IMG/VR virus record: IMGVR_UViG_3300037264_003623
Location: 45,084 to 109,083 of that record
Length of the DNA stretch: 64,000 nt
Source of the DNA: a virus
Direction: 5' to 3' (one strand)
Numbering within the stretch: the first letter of the stretch is position 1; each line of letters begins with the position of its first letter. The notes beneath the pieces are model-generated. The model made no database searches. It saw only the letters and a program-made list of their open reading frames with translations, and was not told where the DNA came from. Shown in pieces: positions 9,038 to 17,789 of this stretch. A program made the position numbers and the translations under genes.

Positions 9038-9078
9038 CTTGACGAAAGGCCAGAAACACATATAATATGTGTGTCAAG
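9038..9078 (+). promoter_or_regulatory. conserved early promoter (CTTGACG-16-TATAAT..GTGTCAAG)
   Basis: Matches copies at 15098, 26993, 32041, 34748. Confidence 0.85.
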
Positions 9079-9093
9079 ATAAAGGAGTCAGAG

Positions 9094-9369
9094 ATGAGCG
9101 AGACGAACGTGGACTTGGGGACGGCGTACATCGCGGTGCGTAGGGAGGGGGCGACGGGGATCGAGTTCGGCGACTCCTCGACGTTGAGCCGCTACTTGGT
9201 GGACGCGGTTCGGTCCGCGAGAAGGCATGACAAGCTTCGTGATTCTGCGTCCAGCGACTACCCTGTGGTGCGGTTCGCCACGGTGCAGTTGGTCGAGGTG
9301 GCGGACGCGACGAAGGATGCCTGCATGGAGGAGATCGAGGCGGCTATGGGCCTGCGGGGGGAGGGGTAG
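9094..9369 (+). CDS. hypothetical early protein
   Basis: RBS AAGGAG, first gene after promoter. Confidence 0.7.
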   Translation: MSETNVDLGTAYIAVRREGATGIEFGDSSTLSRYLVDAVRSARRHDKLRDSASSDYPVVRFATVQLVEVADATKDACMEEIEAAMGLRGEG

Positions 9370-9438
9370 GGGGAGATCAATCCGAGGTGCCACTGGTTCA
9401 AGAACACGAGGGAGAGGGCGGCATAGCCGGTCTTTCTT

Positions 9439-9466
9439 TTGACGAAGGCGGGAAAACGCCTATAAC
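9439..9466 (+). promoter_or_regulatory. degenerate copy of the early promoter
   Basis: TTGACG-16-TATAAC, then ATGGGTGT. Confidence 0.65.
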
Positions 9467-9498
9467 ATGGGTGTTGTTTCAAGGCAAGGGAGGAAGCG

Positions 9499-9756
9499 AT
9501 GGTGATCAAGCTGAGGTCCGAGCGCAAGGGCGGGCACGTCCACGAGCGGGTGTTCGTCGGCCCCGACGAGGGGCACCTCGCCCTGGCGGGGACTCTGGTG
9601 CTCGACGTCGGGCAGTGGCAGGAGCTCGGGGCCGCGCTGCTCCTCGGGGCGGGCAGGATGCACGGGAGAGTGAAGGTGCTGCTGGAGGGGGATCGGCAGG
9701 TCGTCGGCGGGTTCGACGAGATCCCGGAGGTCACCGAGGGGAGGGTCGAGGGGTGA
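9499..9756 (+). CDS. hypothetical protein
   Basis: RBS GGAGG; ORF track. Confidence 0.7.
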   Translation: MVIKLRSERKGGHVHERVFVGPDEGHLALAGTLVLDVGQWQELGAALLLGAGRMHGRVKVLLEGDRQVVGGFDEIPEVTEGRVEG

Positions 9757-10235
9757 GCAAGGGCCGGAGGATCTTCAGGCGGGTCAACCCGTTCGTCGGT
9801 CGCTCGAAGTGCGCGCCGAAGTCGAAGGTCGACCACTACCTAGATCTCCCCGGCGGGCTCTTCGTCGTCTACAAGGACGGGACGAAGATCAGGTCCGGCT
9901 ACTCGCTCTACGACCTCCTTGGGCCGGACAAGCCGGAGGGCGACATCATCGAGGTCGACGGGCAGGGCCGGGAGATCAAGGCGTGGCGGGGGCTGGGCGA
10001 GGATCGGGAGGGGGAGAGGATGACCGAGGAACGGAAGACCCTGATCAGGCGGGCGAGGCGCGAGTGCTCTAAGTGCTACCGCGGGCCGAAGATCGTGGGG
10101 CATGCGTTCACGGCCTTCATCTGCTCCCTGTGCGGGGAGGAGAAGTCTTACCCAAACACGGGCGTCCCGAAGGTCTGCGACGAGTGTTGCGAGAAGAAGG
10201 GGGTCTGCTGTAGATGCGGCGGGCCTATGGATTGA
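9753..10235 (+). CDS. hypothetical protein with C-terminal Cys-rich domain
   Basis: GTGA overlap; CSKC, CSLC, CDEC, CCRC; possible internal start at MTEERK. Confidence 0.55.
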   Translation: MSKGRRIFRRVNPFVGRSKCAPKSKVDHYLDLPGGLFVVYKDGTKIRSGYSLYDLLGPDKPEGDIIEVDGQGREIKAWRGLGEDREGERMTEERKTLIRRARRECSKCYRGPKIVGHAFTAFICSLCGEEKSYPNTGVPKVCDECCEKKGVCCRCGGPMD

Positions 10236-10236
10236 C

Positions 10237-10494
10237 ATGAGCGCCAAGAAGAAGCGGATGTCGCTGCAAGAGGTCGTCAATGAACTTGAGAGGAGAACCG
10301 GCAGGACCCCGGTGTTCGTTGACGGTCAGTTCAGGGACCCCAAGACGTGCTCGAAGTCCAAGGACAGGAGGTGCCCGAAGTGCAAGTCGGTCCTGAGGCT
10401 AGGCTACGGCTTCGCCGGGGGCTACGGACTCGGGGGGTACAACTACTGTGAGAAGTGCCACAAGGTCTACGATTTCGTCGAGGACAAGGAGTAG
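10237..10494 (+). CDS. zinc-ribbon protein
   Basis: CPKC...CEKC. Confidence 0.6.
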   Translation: MSAKKKRMSLQEVVNELERRTGRTPVFVDGQFRDPKTCSKSKDRRCPKCKSVLRLGYGFAGGYGLGGYNYCEKCHKVYDFVEDKE

Positions 10495-10497
10495 GGG

Positions 10498-11010
10498 ATG
10501 GTCGAGTACACCCACAAGTCGGCGGTCCTGTCCGAGGACGGGAAGTACCGGTACGTGTTGCGTCGCCAGTGGTCGATGTGCGATGCGACCCAGTTCTTCA
10601 CCCCCGTCTTCATATGCTTAAATCCTTCGACCGCCGACGAATCGGTGGACGACCCGACCGTCCGCAGGTGCGTGGGGTTCGCGAAGGCGTGGGGCTGGTG
10701 TGAGGTGACCATCCTGAACCTCTTCGCCCTGCGCTGCACCGACCCGAGGGGCCTGGTCGGCCATCCCGATCCTCGTGGCCCCGAGAACGAGAAACACCTC
10801 CTGGAGTTCGGAAAGTTCAACCAGGCGATCGCGTGCTGGGGCGTCGGTGGGGCGCTGATGGGAGAGGGGAAGAGGGTAAGCCAGATGCTCGCGTTCCACG
10901 GGTGCGAGCTTCTGCACCTCGGGCTGACGAAGGATGGGTATCCCAGGCACCCGCTGTATCTCCCATCCTCGGCGAGGCCGGTCTCGTGGGTGTGGCGAAG
11001 GAGGATTTGA
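10498..11010 (+). CDS. DUF1643 family protein
   Basis: YRYVLRRQW, CLNPSTADESVDDPTVRRC, NLFA, TKDGYPRHPLY. Confidence 0.85.
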   Translation: MVEYTHKSAVLSEDGKYRYVLRRQWSMCDATQFFTPVFICLNPSTADESVDDPTVRRCVGFAKAWGWCEVTILNLFALRCTDPRGLVGHPDPRGPENEKHLLEFGKFNQAIACWGVGGALMGEGKRVSQMLAFHGCELLHLGLTKDGYPRHPLYLPSSARPVSWVWRRRI

Positions 11011-11495
11011 TGGACAGCTACGGTGACACGATGAAGCACATCGGCAGGGTGAGGGAGATCCTGTCGATCGTGGCGGAGAGGCTGAAGAATAGGGGAGTGG
11101 GCCACGACCGGTCCAAGCTGGAGTCTCCGGAGAAGGATGTCCTCGACGAGTTCACCCCGAAGCTGGCTGGGTCCGAGTACGGGGGCGAGGAGTACAAGGG
11201 CTTCCTCAAGGCGATGAAGCCTGCCCTGGACCACCACTACGCGGAGAGCCCTCACCACCCGGAACATTACCCGAACGGAATCAACGACATGACCCTGATC
11301 GATCTGGTGGAGATGATGGCGGACTGGGCCGCCGCGTCAGAAAGACACCAGAGCGGAAGTGTGGCACGGTCGGTCGAGGTGAACCGGAAACGGTTCGGGC
11401 TAACGGACCAGCTTGCCACCATCTTCCTCAACACCTACAGGGAACTGGGACTGCTTCCGAAACCGAACGATGCTGGCGCACAAGTCAAGGAATAG
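11010..11495 (+). CDS. DUF5662 family (HD-like) protein
   Basis: HDRSK, HHY..SPHHPEHY, DLVEMMADWAAA. Confidence 0.8.
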   Translation: MDSYGDTMKHIGRVREILSIVAERLKNRGVGHDRSKLESPEKDVLDEFTPKLAGSEYGGEEYKGFLKAMKPALDHHYAESPHHPEHYPNGINDMTLIDLVEMMADWAAASERHQSGSVARSVEVNRKRFGLTDQLATIFLNTYRELGLLPKPNDAGAQVKE

Positions 11496-12185
11496 CGGCT
11501 CATGAATCTTATTCTTCATGACATTCACGATCGAGCAGACGAACTGGAAGTTGCCGATCTCGTACCCGAGCCCGGAATCTATCCTATCAATGGACGGGCG
11601 GTACGGGGATGCCTTGTCCACGATCATCGTGATGCCGGACAGGGCGCAGATTCCTCCCTGGAGGAGGAACTGATGGTCGAGATCCTCCTTTGTCAGATTC
11701 CACTCGTGGCCCCGGCGTGCGGCGCTGAACTTCCAGGCGAAGATCAATCGTCCCGCAAAGTTCTCGGAGCCGGTCCAGTTCGCGGTTCGACCGCCGTGCA
11801 TCTTCATGACGGCGTGGCGAACGCACCGGGGGCACAGATTCCGGTCGAACACCTTCTTTCCGTGCTGGGGCGTATTCCTGATCAGATGCTTGCCGCAATC
11901 TTCGCAGGTGTACTCGATCAGAACGGTTCGGTCCCTGGAGGCGAAGCAGGAGCGGCACCACGACGAAAGACCGTCGCTGGAGCGAGAGTTCTTCGTAAAC
12001 GACGCGGCGGGTCTCATGACCCCGCAATGACTGCATGTCTTGGACTTTACCAAGCGCGGCGGTTGTCTCTGCGCCTCGACTTGGCACCGGTGCGAGCAGT
12101 AGACGCGGGTGTGGCACCTCGGATGGAAGACTTCTTTGCATGTGGGACAGATGATCGACGTGAGGTGATGATAGATTCGGGCCAT
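11400..12185 (-). mobile_element. free-standing His-Me finger homing endonuclease with zinc fingers
   Basis: CALSG..PSIDRIDSGLGYEIGNFQFVCSIVNVMKN; own TATAAT and AAGGAGG; lower GC. Confidence 0.8.
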
Positions 12186-12245
12186 GCTTCCTCCTTGTTA
12201 AAAGTTCCTATCTCTATTATACCTGATAGCAGCTACAAGGCAATA

Positions 12246-12380
12246 GCGTCAGAAAGGCACATCACGGGGGATGTGCTCAAGAGCATCGAGATCAACACGA
12301 AGCGGTTCTCGATCTCTCCCCAGCTCGCGGCGATTCTGGTGAACACGGTGAGGGAGATATGGCCGAAGAAGGAGGGGTAG
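12246..12380 (+). pseudogene. displaced 3' end of the DUF5662 gene
   Basis: ASERHITGDVLKSIEINTKRFSISPQLAAILVNT parallels ASERHQSGSVARSVEVNRKRFGLTDQLATIFLNT. Confidence 0.8.
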
Positions 12381-12617
12381 ATGCCGATTCTCAGCATCGA
12401 GATCACCTGCTTGAAGACGCGGTGCGAGGGGTGCTACCACTGCCACTATGGGAAGGAGCGCAGGCTTGTCCCGGACATCACCTGTTCTCTCTTCGGTAGG
12501 GCGCTCCAGGCCCCGGGCGGGAGCCCGCTGCGCCTGAAGCAGTGCGTAGCGGCGGAGGCAAGGGCGCACCTTACCGAGACGGCGCGTAAGGCCCTGGCGA
12601 TGTGCGGGGTGGTGTGA
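12381..12617 (+). CDS. Cys-rich hypothetical protein
   Basis: RBS AGGAGG; CEGCYHC. Confidence 0.6.
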   Translation: MPILSIEITCLKTRCEGCYHCHYGKERRLVPDITCSLFGRALQAPGGSPLRLKQCVAAEARAHLTETARKALAMCGVV

Positions 12618-12799
12618 TGTGGACCGTGATCCGCGACGAGAAGGGGATGGCCGTTGCCCTCGGGTGGGACCCGAGGCCGGATCCCCCGAAACTGAGGATT
12701 CCCAAGCAGCGGCCCTACCCTCAGGCGGAGCGGTGGTGCCGTGAACGCGGGATGCTCGACGGGGACGGGTGCCTCAAGGAGGAGGAGAAGTCGAAGTGA
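12617..12799 (+). CDS. hypothetical protein
   Basis: TGATG overlap. Confidence 0.5.
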   Translation: MWTVIRDEKGMAVALGWDPRPDPPKLRIPKQRPYPQAERWCRERGMLDGDGCLKEEEKSK

Positions 12800-12840
12800 A
12801 CATCATCGACGGGAAGTGGCGGAAGTACAAGCGGGACTAG

Positions 12841-13524
12841 ATGGTCGCGCTGAAGGAGCCGGTCCAGGTCGTGAAGGTCGGCTACGAGGTTGGCCGGGAC
12901 GAGATCATGGAGCAGCTCGCGAGGGAGGCGAGCCCGGTGCCCGCGGATGCTCCGACCGGTTTCGAGGGGGACTACTTCCCGTTCAAGGACTTCGTCTTCC
13001 ATGTCGTGTCGGGGCACAACCTTCTCTGGAAGTACTGGAACGATAGGGAGAACTTCAGGAAGCATCTCGACTCGCTCCTGGGGGACGCCCTTGGATCCGC
13101 CGACATCGGCGAGGTCCTCCAGTCCATCGACATGGCGGTGGTGAGGCGGATGGTCCGGGCGCGGGTCCGGCAGGAGCTTGTCGGGAATCGAAAGCGGATC
13201 CTCTGGACCGAGCCGATCGAAGGTGATGCGGATGAATCGTGGAGGGGGCCCTGGGCGGTGCGCGGGTGGAGGATGGCGACCACCGGGACGTACACCCCCG
13301 GGTATGGGGGTGGGTATGGGGGTGGGGAGGATGAGGAGGGACCCTCGATCAGGAACGTGAAGCACCATGTCCTTCTGCTGGTCGAATGGGTCGGGGAAGG
13401 CGGGCTTAGGGGGGGCAGTTACGTCGTCGAAAAGGGGAACACTTACCCCTGGACGAATGTGGCGACGGCGAACACCCTGATGGAGGAGGATCGGTCATTG
13501 ATGTTGGTCGATCCGTTTGCATGA
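12841..13524 (+). CDS. hypothetical protein
   Basis: ORF track; preceded in frame by GTG 12796, 14 codons and TAG. Confidence 0.65.
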   Translation: MVALKEPVQVVKVGYEVGRDEIMEQLAREASPVPADAPTGFEGDYFPFKDFVFHVVSGHNLLWKYWNDRENFRKHLDSLLGDALGSADIGEVLQSIDMAVVRRMVRARVRQELVGNRKRILWTEPIEGDADESWRGPWAVRGWRMATTGTYTPGYGGGYGGGEDEEGPSIRNVKHHVLLLVEWVGEGGLRGGSYVVEKGNTYPWTNVATANTLMEEDRSLMLVDPFA

Positions 13525-13901
13525 TGAGCGAGTGCGTGAGGTGCGGGTACTGCTGCACGGTAGCCTCGTGTGGTTTCGGGGAGTGGAACCCGACGCTGGG
13601 GCAGTGCAGGTTCCTGACCGGCGACAACCTCTGTGGCAAGCACGAGGAGATCTTCGTCATGGAAGGATCCGACGTCAGCCCCGCGTTCGGGAAGGGGTGT
13701 CCCTCCTCGCTGTTCAACGAGCGGCGGGACGCGAAGATTAGGGGGGACTGGCCCAAGACATCGCAGGGGAAGGACATCGACATGAGCTTGGAGTTCGTTG
13801 GCCGGTTTCTCCGGTTCCCGGACGTGAACGAGGATTTCGAGTTCGGAGGGTACGCCTACGTCTACAAGGGCAACCGGGTGTGGGAAAGGAAGAAGGGATG
13901 A
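13521..13901 (+). CDS. CxxCGxCC (YkgJ-like) Cys-cluster protein
   Basis: ECVRCGYCC...CRFL...LC. Confidence 0.6.
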   Translation: MMSECVRCGYCCTVASCGFGEWNPTLGQCRFLTGDNLCGKHEEIFVMEGSDVSPAFGKGCPSSLFNERRDAKIRGDWPKTSQGKDIDMSLEFVGRFLRFPDVNEDFEFGGYAYVYKGNRVWERKKG

Positions 13902-14470
13902 GCCTACTTGTGGGGATCGACGAGGTGGGGCTCGGGCCTCTCGCGGGTCCCGTTGTGGCGGCGGCGGTCCTGATCGAGGACGGCGCGGTGCCCGGGGTGC
14001 GCGACTCGAAGAAGGTGCCGGAAGGGCGGCGGTACGCCCTGGCGGAGGAGATCCGGCAGAAGGCCAAGTGGTTCCACATCGCCCGGCGGGGGCCGGAGGA
14101 CGTGAACGCCCACAACACGATCTGGTGCTGGCGGGCGGTCCTATACGAGGCGGCGAAGGCGGCGCACCTCGCCTGGCCGGAGGTGGAAATCCTGATCGAC
14201 GGGCCGGGGAAGAAGGAGTGGCGGGGGACGCTGACCTACGCCCGGTTCGTCCCCGGCGGCGACGACAACGTGTACCAGGTTGCGGCGGCCTCCCTGTTGG
14301 CGAAGGCGGCGAGGGACCTGGAGATGATCGAGATGGGGGAGAAGTTCCCGAAGTACACCTTCGGCCACCACAAGGGATATGGAGTTCCGGCCCATCTGGC
14401 CGAGATCCGGCGGTGGGGACTGTGCGAGATCCACCGGCGCGTGCCCGCGATGCACGCGATCGAACGGTGA
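13898..14470 (+). CDS. rnhB: ribonuclease HII
   Basis: GIDEVGLGPLAGPVVAAAV, RDSKK, LIDG, VAAASLLAK..RD, HKGYG. Confidence 0.92.
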   Translation: MSLLVGIDEVGLGPLAGPVVAAAVLIEDGAVPGVRDSKKVPEGRRYALAEEIRQKAKWFHIARRGPEDVNAHNTIWCWRAVLYEAAKAAHLAWPEVEILIDGPGKKEWRGTLTYARFVPGGDDNVYQVAAASLLAKAARDLEMIEMGEKFPKYTFGHHKGYGVPAHLAEIRRWGLCEIHRRVPAMHAIER

Positions 14471-14474
14471 GGAC

Positions 14475-14546
14475 GCCAGCGTGGCGCAACGGTAGCGCGG
14501 CGGTTTTGTAAATCGCAGGTTGGGAGTTCGAGTCTCCCCGCTGGCT
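14475..14546 (+). tRNA. tRNA-Thr(TGT)
   Basis: Acceptor GCCAGCG/CGCTGGC, loop TT-TGT-AA, TTCGA T-loop. Confidence 0.9.
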
Positions 14547-14662
14547 CTCGGTTTTTTCAGGATTCCTTGCCCAATCCCCGGGTTCTCCGTCATTCCTTGT
14601 CACGGATTCTCGTACATAGGGATGTGAGGGGCGAAGTGAAACGCCCCGAAAGGAGGACGGAG

Positions 14663-14872
14663 ATGGGCAGGTTCTACGACTTTTTCGATGAGGTGGACGG
14701 GATCGGCAACCTAGTCAACGCCGAGGCGATCCTGGGGGAGAGGTACTTCCAGGAGGGGTACAGGGGCAAGGCGCTCCGCCGGAAGGTCCGGTGGGCGATG
14801 ATCATGATCCGGCACATGGATCGGCTCGACATGGCCGACGTTGTCCCCCTCTGGGAGATGGAGGTGGGGTAG
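14663..14872 (+). CDS. hypothetical protein
   Basis: RBS AGGAGG. Confidence 0.65.
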   Translation: MGRFYDFFDEVDGIGNLVNAEAILGERYFQEGYRGKALRRKVRWAMIMIRHMDRLDMADVVPLWEMEVG

Positions 14873-14902
14873 AATGGGAGGTGGACCTTCGGGGGCCGAC
14901 CG

Positions 14903-15073
14903 ATGGAAGACAGAGACAAGCCCTGGTACCACTGGCAGATCCGGTGCCAGGAGGATGGGGACGACGGGTGGACGTGCATCGCTAACATCAACGGGGGCAA
15001 GGCGGGCCCCTGCATGTTCAGGAGCAGGGGTGAGGCGGAGAGGAAGTGCCCCGTCTACAAGCCGGAGGGATGA
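14903..15073 (+). CDS. small hypothetical protein (56 aa)
   Basis: MEDRDKPWYHW...CPVYKPEG* read by eye. Confidence 0.45.
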   Translation: MEDRDKPWYHWQIRCQEDGDDGWTCIANINGGKAGPCMFRSRGEAERKCPVYKPEG

Positions 15074-15097
15074 CCTCCGATTTTTTTTGTTTTCCCC

Positions 15098-15138
15098 CTT
15101 GACGAAAGGGACGAAACGCATATAATATGAGTGTCAAG
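15098..15138 (+). promoter_or_regulatory. conserved early promoter
   Basis: CTTGACG-16-TATAAT-ATGAGTGTCAAG, upstream T-tract. Confidence 0.88.
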
Positions 15139-15154
15139 AGCGAAGGAGATGATG

Positions 15155-15385
15155 ATGGCCGAGACGACGACCCTGACGGCGGAACAGCAGAAGGAGTTCG
15201 TGAGGCTGGTGGGGGCGCTCTCCCCGGAGAACCTGTACTGCGACGGCGAGATCTCGCACGCCCAGGGCGTCAAGAAGTACAAGGCCCTGCGGAAGCAGTG
15301 GTGGGCCCTGGAGATCAGGGTCGGCCGCAAGGTGACCGAGGACGAGGTGTGGGCGGCCCACATGGCCGAGAATCGAAAGGAGTAG
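15155..15385 (+). CDS. hypothetical early protein
   Basis: RBS AAGGAG; LSPENLYCDGEIS. Confidence 0.7.
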   Translation: MAETTTLTAEQQKEFVRLVGALSPENLYCDGEISHAQGVKKYKALRKQWWALEIRVGRKVTEDEVWAAHMAENRKE

Positions 15386-15558
15386 AGGCCCCCTGGAAGA
15401 GGGGAGGGAGGGGCGCTGGCCGATCCGCAGGTAGCCGGTGCCCTATGCTCCGGGGGATGCGGGCCCCTGGCTTGTCCTTCCACGCAGGCCTCCGTCGCCC
15501 CTACGGTGGCGGAGGACCTGCGGGTGGGCTCGGTTCTCCTCTCTTTCAGCGGGCTTCT
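15384..15558 (+). ncRNA. candidate structured ncRNA (multibranch)
   Basis: Closing stem of about 23 bp with G-U pairs plus two internal hairpins; no convincing ORF. Confidence 0.5.
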
Positions 15559-15580
15559 GGGGAAGCGGACAGAAAATGAT

Positions 15581-15727
15581 CTCAGGGGGCCAGCCAGCGC
15601 CGGTTCCCGCCACGGTACTTGGAGTCGTGGGATCGGGGCCGATAAGCGTGGGCCGTGGAGGCCAGCGGCAGGAGGGGGGCCAAGCCTCTGAATGTCGTCG
15701 CGGGTTCGAGGCCCGTCCCTGGGGCCA
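15581..15727 (+). ncRNA. tRNA-like RNA of 147 nt with acceptor stem, T-arm and encoded CCA
   Basis: CTCAGGG/CCCTGGG-G-CCA; GCGGG-TTCGAGG-CCCGT; several hairpins in place of D and anticodon arms. Confidence 0.55.
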
Positions 15728-15875
15728 GATGCGTGGGGGTCATGATGAAGCGGTTCGAGAACAAGGTCGATACCGACGCGGACTGCGTCCGGGCCGGGCC
15801 TCCGATTCCCCCTCCGGGGTGCGAACTCTCGTTCGTGAGGAGGATGGTGGCCTTGTGGCGGGAGAGGAGCAAGCG

Positions 15876-16139
15876 ATGACCGAATCCAAGGGAGAGCCGA
15901 CGGGATTCCTGGCGGGGAAGCGGTACCGCAGGATGGCGCTGGCGCAGCACGTCATGGTGGTCGCCGTGTTCGACCTGGAAGTGGGGGACTGGTCGGCCTA
16001 CATCGACGCCGTGCCGGGGAACGACCACGCGGCGGAGTGGGGGTCCGTGGTGGACCATGGCGACAAGATCCCGAAGGACGTAGCGGCGGTGCTGTTCCCC
16101 GGCCTCGCGGCGGACAAGGGGCTGAAGTGGAGAGAGTGA
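15876..16139 (+). CDS. hypothetical protein
   Basis: RBS AGGAG; DWSAYIDAVPG. Confidence 0.65.
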   Translation: MTESKGEPTGFLAGKRYRRMALAQHVMVVAVFDLEVGDWSAYIDAVPGNDHAAEWGSVVDHGDKIPKDVAAVLFPGLAADKGLKWRE

Positions 16140-16405
16140 CGGAGGAAGAGATGGCCTTGCCGATGGAAGGGGCGAAGCTCGACCTCTGCCGGGAGGCGGT
16201 GAAGACGCTCCCCGAGAGGGCCTGTGCCTACTACGCCGAGAGGTTTCGGCGGGGTTTCATGGAACAACATCGCCCAAGCCCCGACGACGCGGCCCTGGAG
16301 ATCTACCGCTACGCCTTCTTAGGGGAGAAGCCCCCGAGGCGGTTCCGTGAACTGGTCAGGCCGATCCTGGTGGCGTTGAGGTTCGCGGCAGATGGAGATG
16401 ATTGA
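16136..16405 (+). CDS. hypothetical protein
   Basis: GTGA overlap. Confidence 0.55.
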   Translation: MTEEEMALPMEGAKLDLCREAVKTLPERACAYYAERFRRGFMEQHRPSPDDAALEIYRYAFLGEKPPRRFRELVRPILVALRFAADGDD

Positions 16406-16658
16406 GATCCTGCGGCGGCTGGGTACCGTCGAGAAGAGGAAGGGGGGAGTCCTGCGAGACGGGATGCAGATAGGGATGATCCGTCTTGTTCTTTTCTCGG
16501 ACGGGAGCGGGGAGGTGCAGGCGGACTGGGCCAAGTATGACGAGGAAATGTGCCGGGAGGAGAAACTTCTTCATGCGATATTCTCGGTCGACGGTCCTAT
16601 CTTCGAGTTTGAGAAGATCGAGCAGTTAGAGGCGTGGCTGGTGGAGCAGAGCGGATGA
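16398..16658 (+). CDS. hypothetical protein
   Basis: ORF track, coupled genes. Confidence 0.55.
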   Translation: MIEILRRLGTVEKRKGGVLRDGMQIGMIRLVLFSDGSGEVQADWAKYDEEMCREEKLLHAIFSVDGPIFEFEKIEQLEAWLVEQSG

Positions 16659-16942
16659 ATGAGCATGGAGGGCCGGACTCGAAGGTGATGTCCAGGTGGG
16701 AGGAGTGCTACTTCGCCGCCAAGGATCTCCCGTCGTTTGTCTGCGTCCGTCTTGCCAGGAGGACTCGGGCGAGGATGAACTGGACGGCGGGGGGGTCGAC
16801 GGAGAGCGTTGCGGCCTCGGAGATCTACGCGATCGCCTTCGAGGGGGTTCCGATCCTTCGTAGCGTCGAGGAGCATCTTCAGCCGGTCCTCGACCGGCTC
16901 AGGGCGTTGCAAGTGGCCGAGAGGATGATGGGCGATGAGTAG
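16655..16942 (+). CDS. hypothetical protein with C-terminal VAERMMG tag
   Basis: ATGA overlap; ends LQVAERMMGDE. Confidence 0.6.
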   Translation: MNEHGGPDSKVMSRWEECYFAAKDLPSFVCVRLARRTRARMNWTAGGSTESVAASEIYAIAFEGVPILRSVEEHLQPVLDRLRALQVAERMMGDE

Positions 16943-17171
16943 AGACCTCAAGTGCAGGACATGCGGGGAGTGGATGAAGGAGATTGCCTGTCACGAGGAC
17001 TCCAACGCTCGCGACTGGATCACGATGTGGTGCCCGGAGTGCGGGACCATCTGCGGATCCTTCGAGTCGGTGTCAGGTCCGCAGGATTACCACTGGGAGT
17101 TCCCGAAGATGGCATCCCTCCCCGAGGTCGGGGCCGCACTTTCTCTCATGCGTGACAGGAACAAGGGTTGA
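16935..17171 (+). CDS. zinc-ribbon protein
   Basis: CRTC...CPECG. Confidence 0.65.
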   Translation: MSRDLKCRTCGEWMKEIACHEDSNARDWITMWCPECGTICGSFESVSGPQDYHWEFPKMASLPEVGAALSLMRDRNKG

Positions 17172-17195
17172 CGGAGAGGCGAAACCGCCTATAAT
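17168..17195 (+). promoter_or_regulatory. promoter of the tRNA cluster
   Basis: TTGACG-16-TATAAT. Confidence 0.75.
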
Positions 17196-17377
17196 AGGGT
17201 CATGAAGATCGGTGCTGACATCCGCGAGGGAAACCGGGGGGCGGCCACGCTCCTCTGGTCCAGCACCACGCCAACATCATGCCTTAGCTTCCACTACCCG
17301 CTGTCCTTGTAGGGCCGCCAGGCCTCTTCGACTCGGTTCCTTGGTCTGGCGGCGGAAACCCCTTCGGGAACCACTGC

Positions 17378-17462
17378 GGGCAGGTCGGATAGCGGCAAGT
17401 CCACCTGGCTGTAAACCAGGCGCCTCAGGCTTACGTGAGTTCGAGTCTCACCCTGCCCACCA
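17378..17462 (+). tRNA. tRNA-Tyr(GTA)
   Basis: GGGCAGG/CCTGCCC, CCTGG-CTGTAAA-CCAGG, long variable arm, CCA. Confidence 0.92.
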
Positions 17463-17537
17463 CGCGCTGTGGCCCAGTCTGGCTAGGGCGCCTGCTTCGG
17501 GAGCAGGAAAACGCCGGTTCGATTCCGGCCAGCGCGA
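17463..17537 (+). tRNA. tRNA-Pro(CGG)
   Basis: CGCGCTG/CAGCGCG, CCTGC-TTCGGGA-GCAGG. Confidence 0.9.
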
Positions 17538-17538
17538 T

Positions 17539-17615
17539 GCTGGGATAGCTCAGACGGTAGTAGCACTGGACTGAAAATCCAGGTGTCGCCGGTTCGATTC
17601 CGGCTCCCAGCGCCA
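17539..17615 (+). tRNA. tRNA-Phe(GAA)
   Basis: GCTGGGA/TCCCAGC, CTGGA-CTGAAAA-TCCAG, CCA. Confidence 0.9.
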
Positions 17616-17703
17616 GCGGAAGTGGCGGAACGGCTAACGCACCCGGTTCAAGGCCGGGCGGCTCGAAAGGGCCTTGCGGGTTCGAGTCCCGCCTTCCGCA
17701 CCA
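17616..17703 (+). tRNA. tRNA-Leu(CAA)
   Basis: GCGGAAG/CTTCCGC, CCCGG-TTCAAGG-CCGGG, long variable arm, CCA. Confidence 0.9.
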
Positions 17704-17787
17704 GGGCGAGTGGTGGAGTTGGCAGACACCTGTGTTTGAGGGGCACAGGCCCGAAAGGGCATGCGGGTTCGACCCCCGCCTCGCCCA
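17704..17787 (+). tRNA. tRNA-Leu(GAG)
   Basis: GGGCGAG/CTCGCCC, loop TTGAGGG, variable arm GCCCGAAAGGGC. Confidence 0.85.
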
Positions 17788-17789
17788 TT

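Noticed and set aside
15127-15138. GTGTCAAG as a divergent antisense promoter
   Set aside because: TTGACA on the minus strand has no -10 box at 16-18 bp in the copies checked
15384-15727. tmRNA
   Set aside because: No GGGG 5' end or G3:U70 alanine acceptor and no tag reading frame identified
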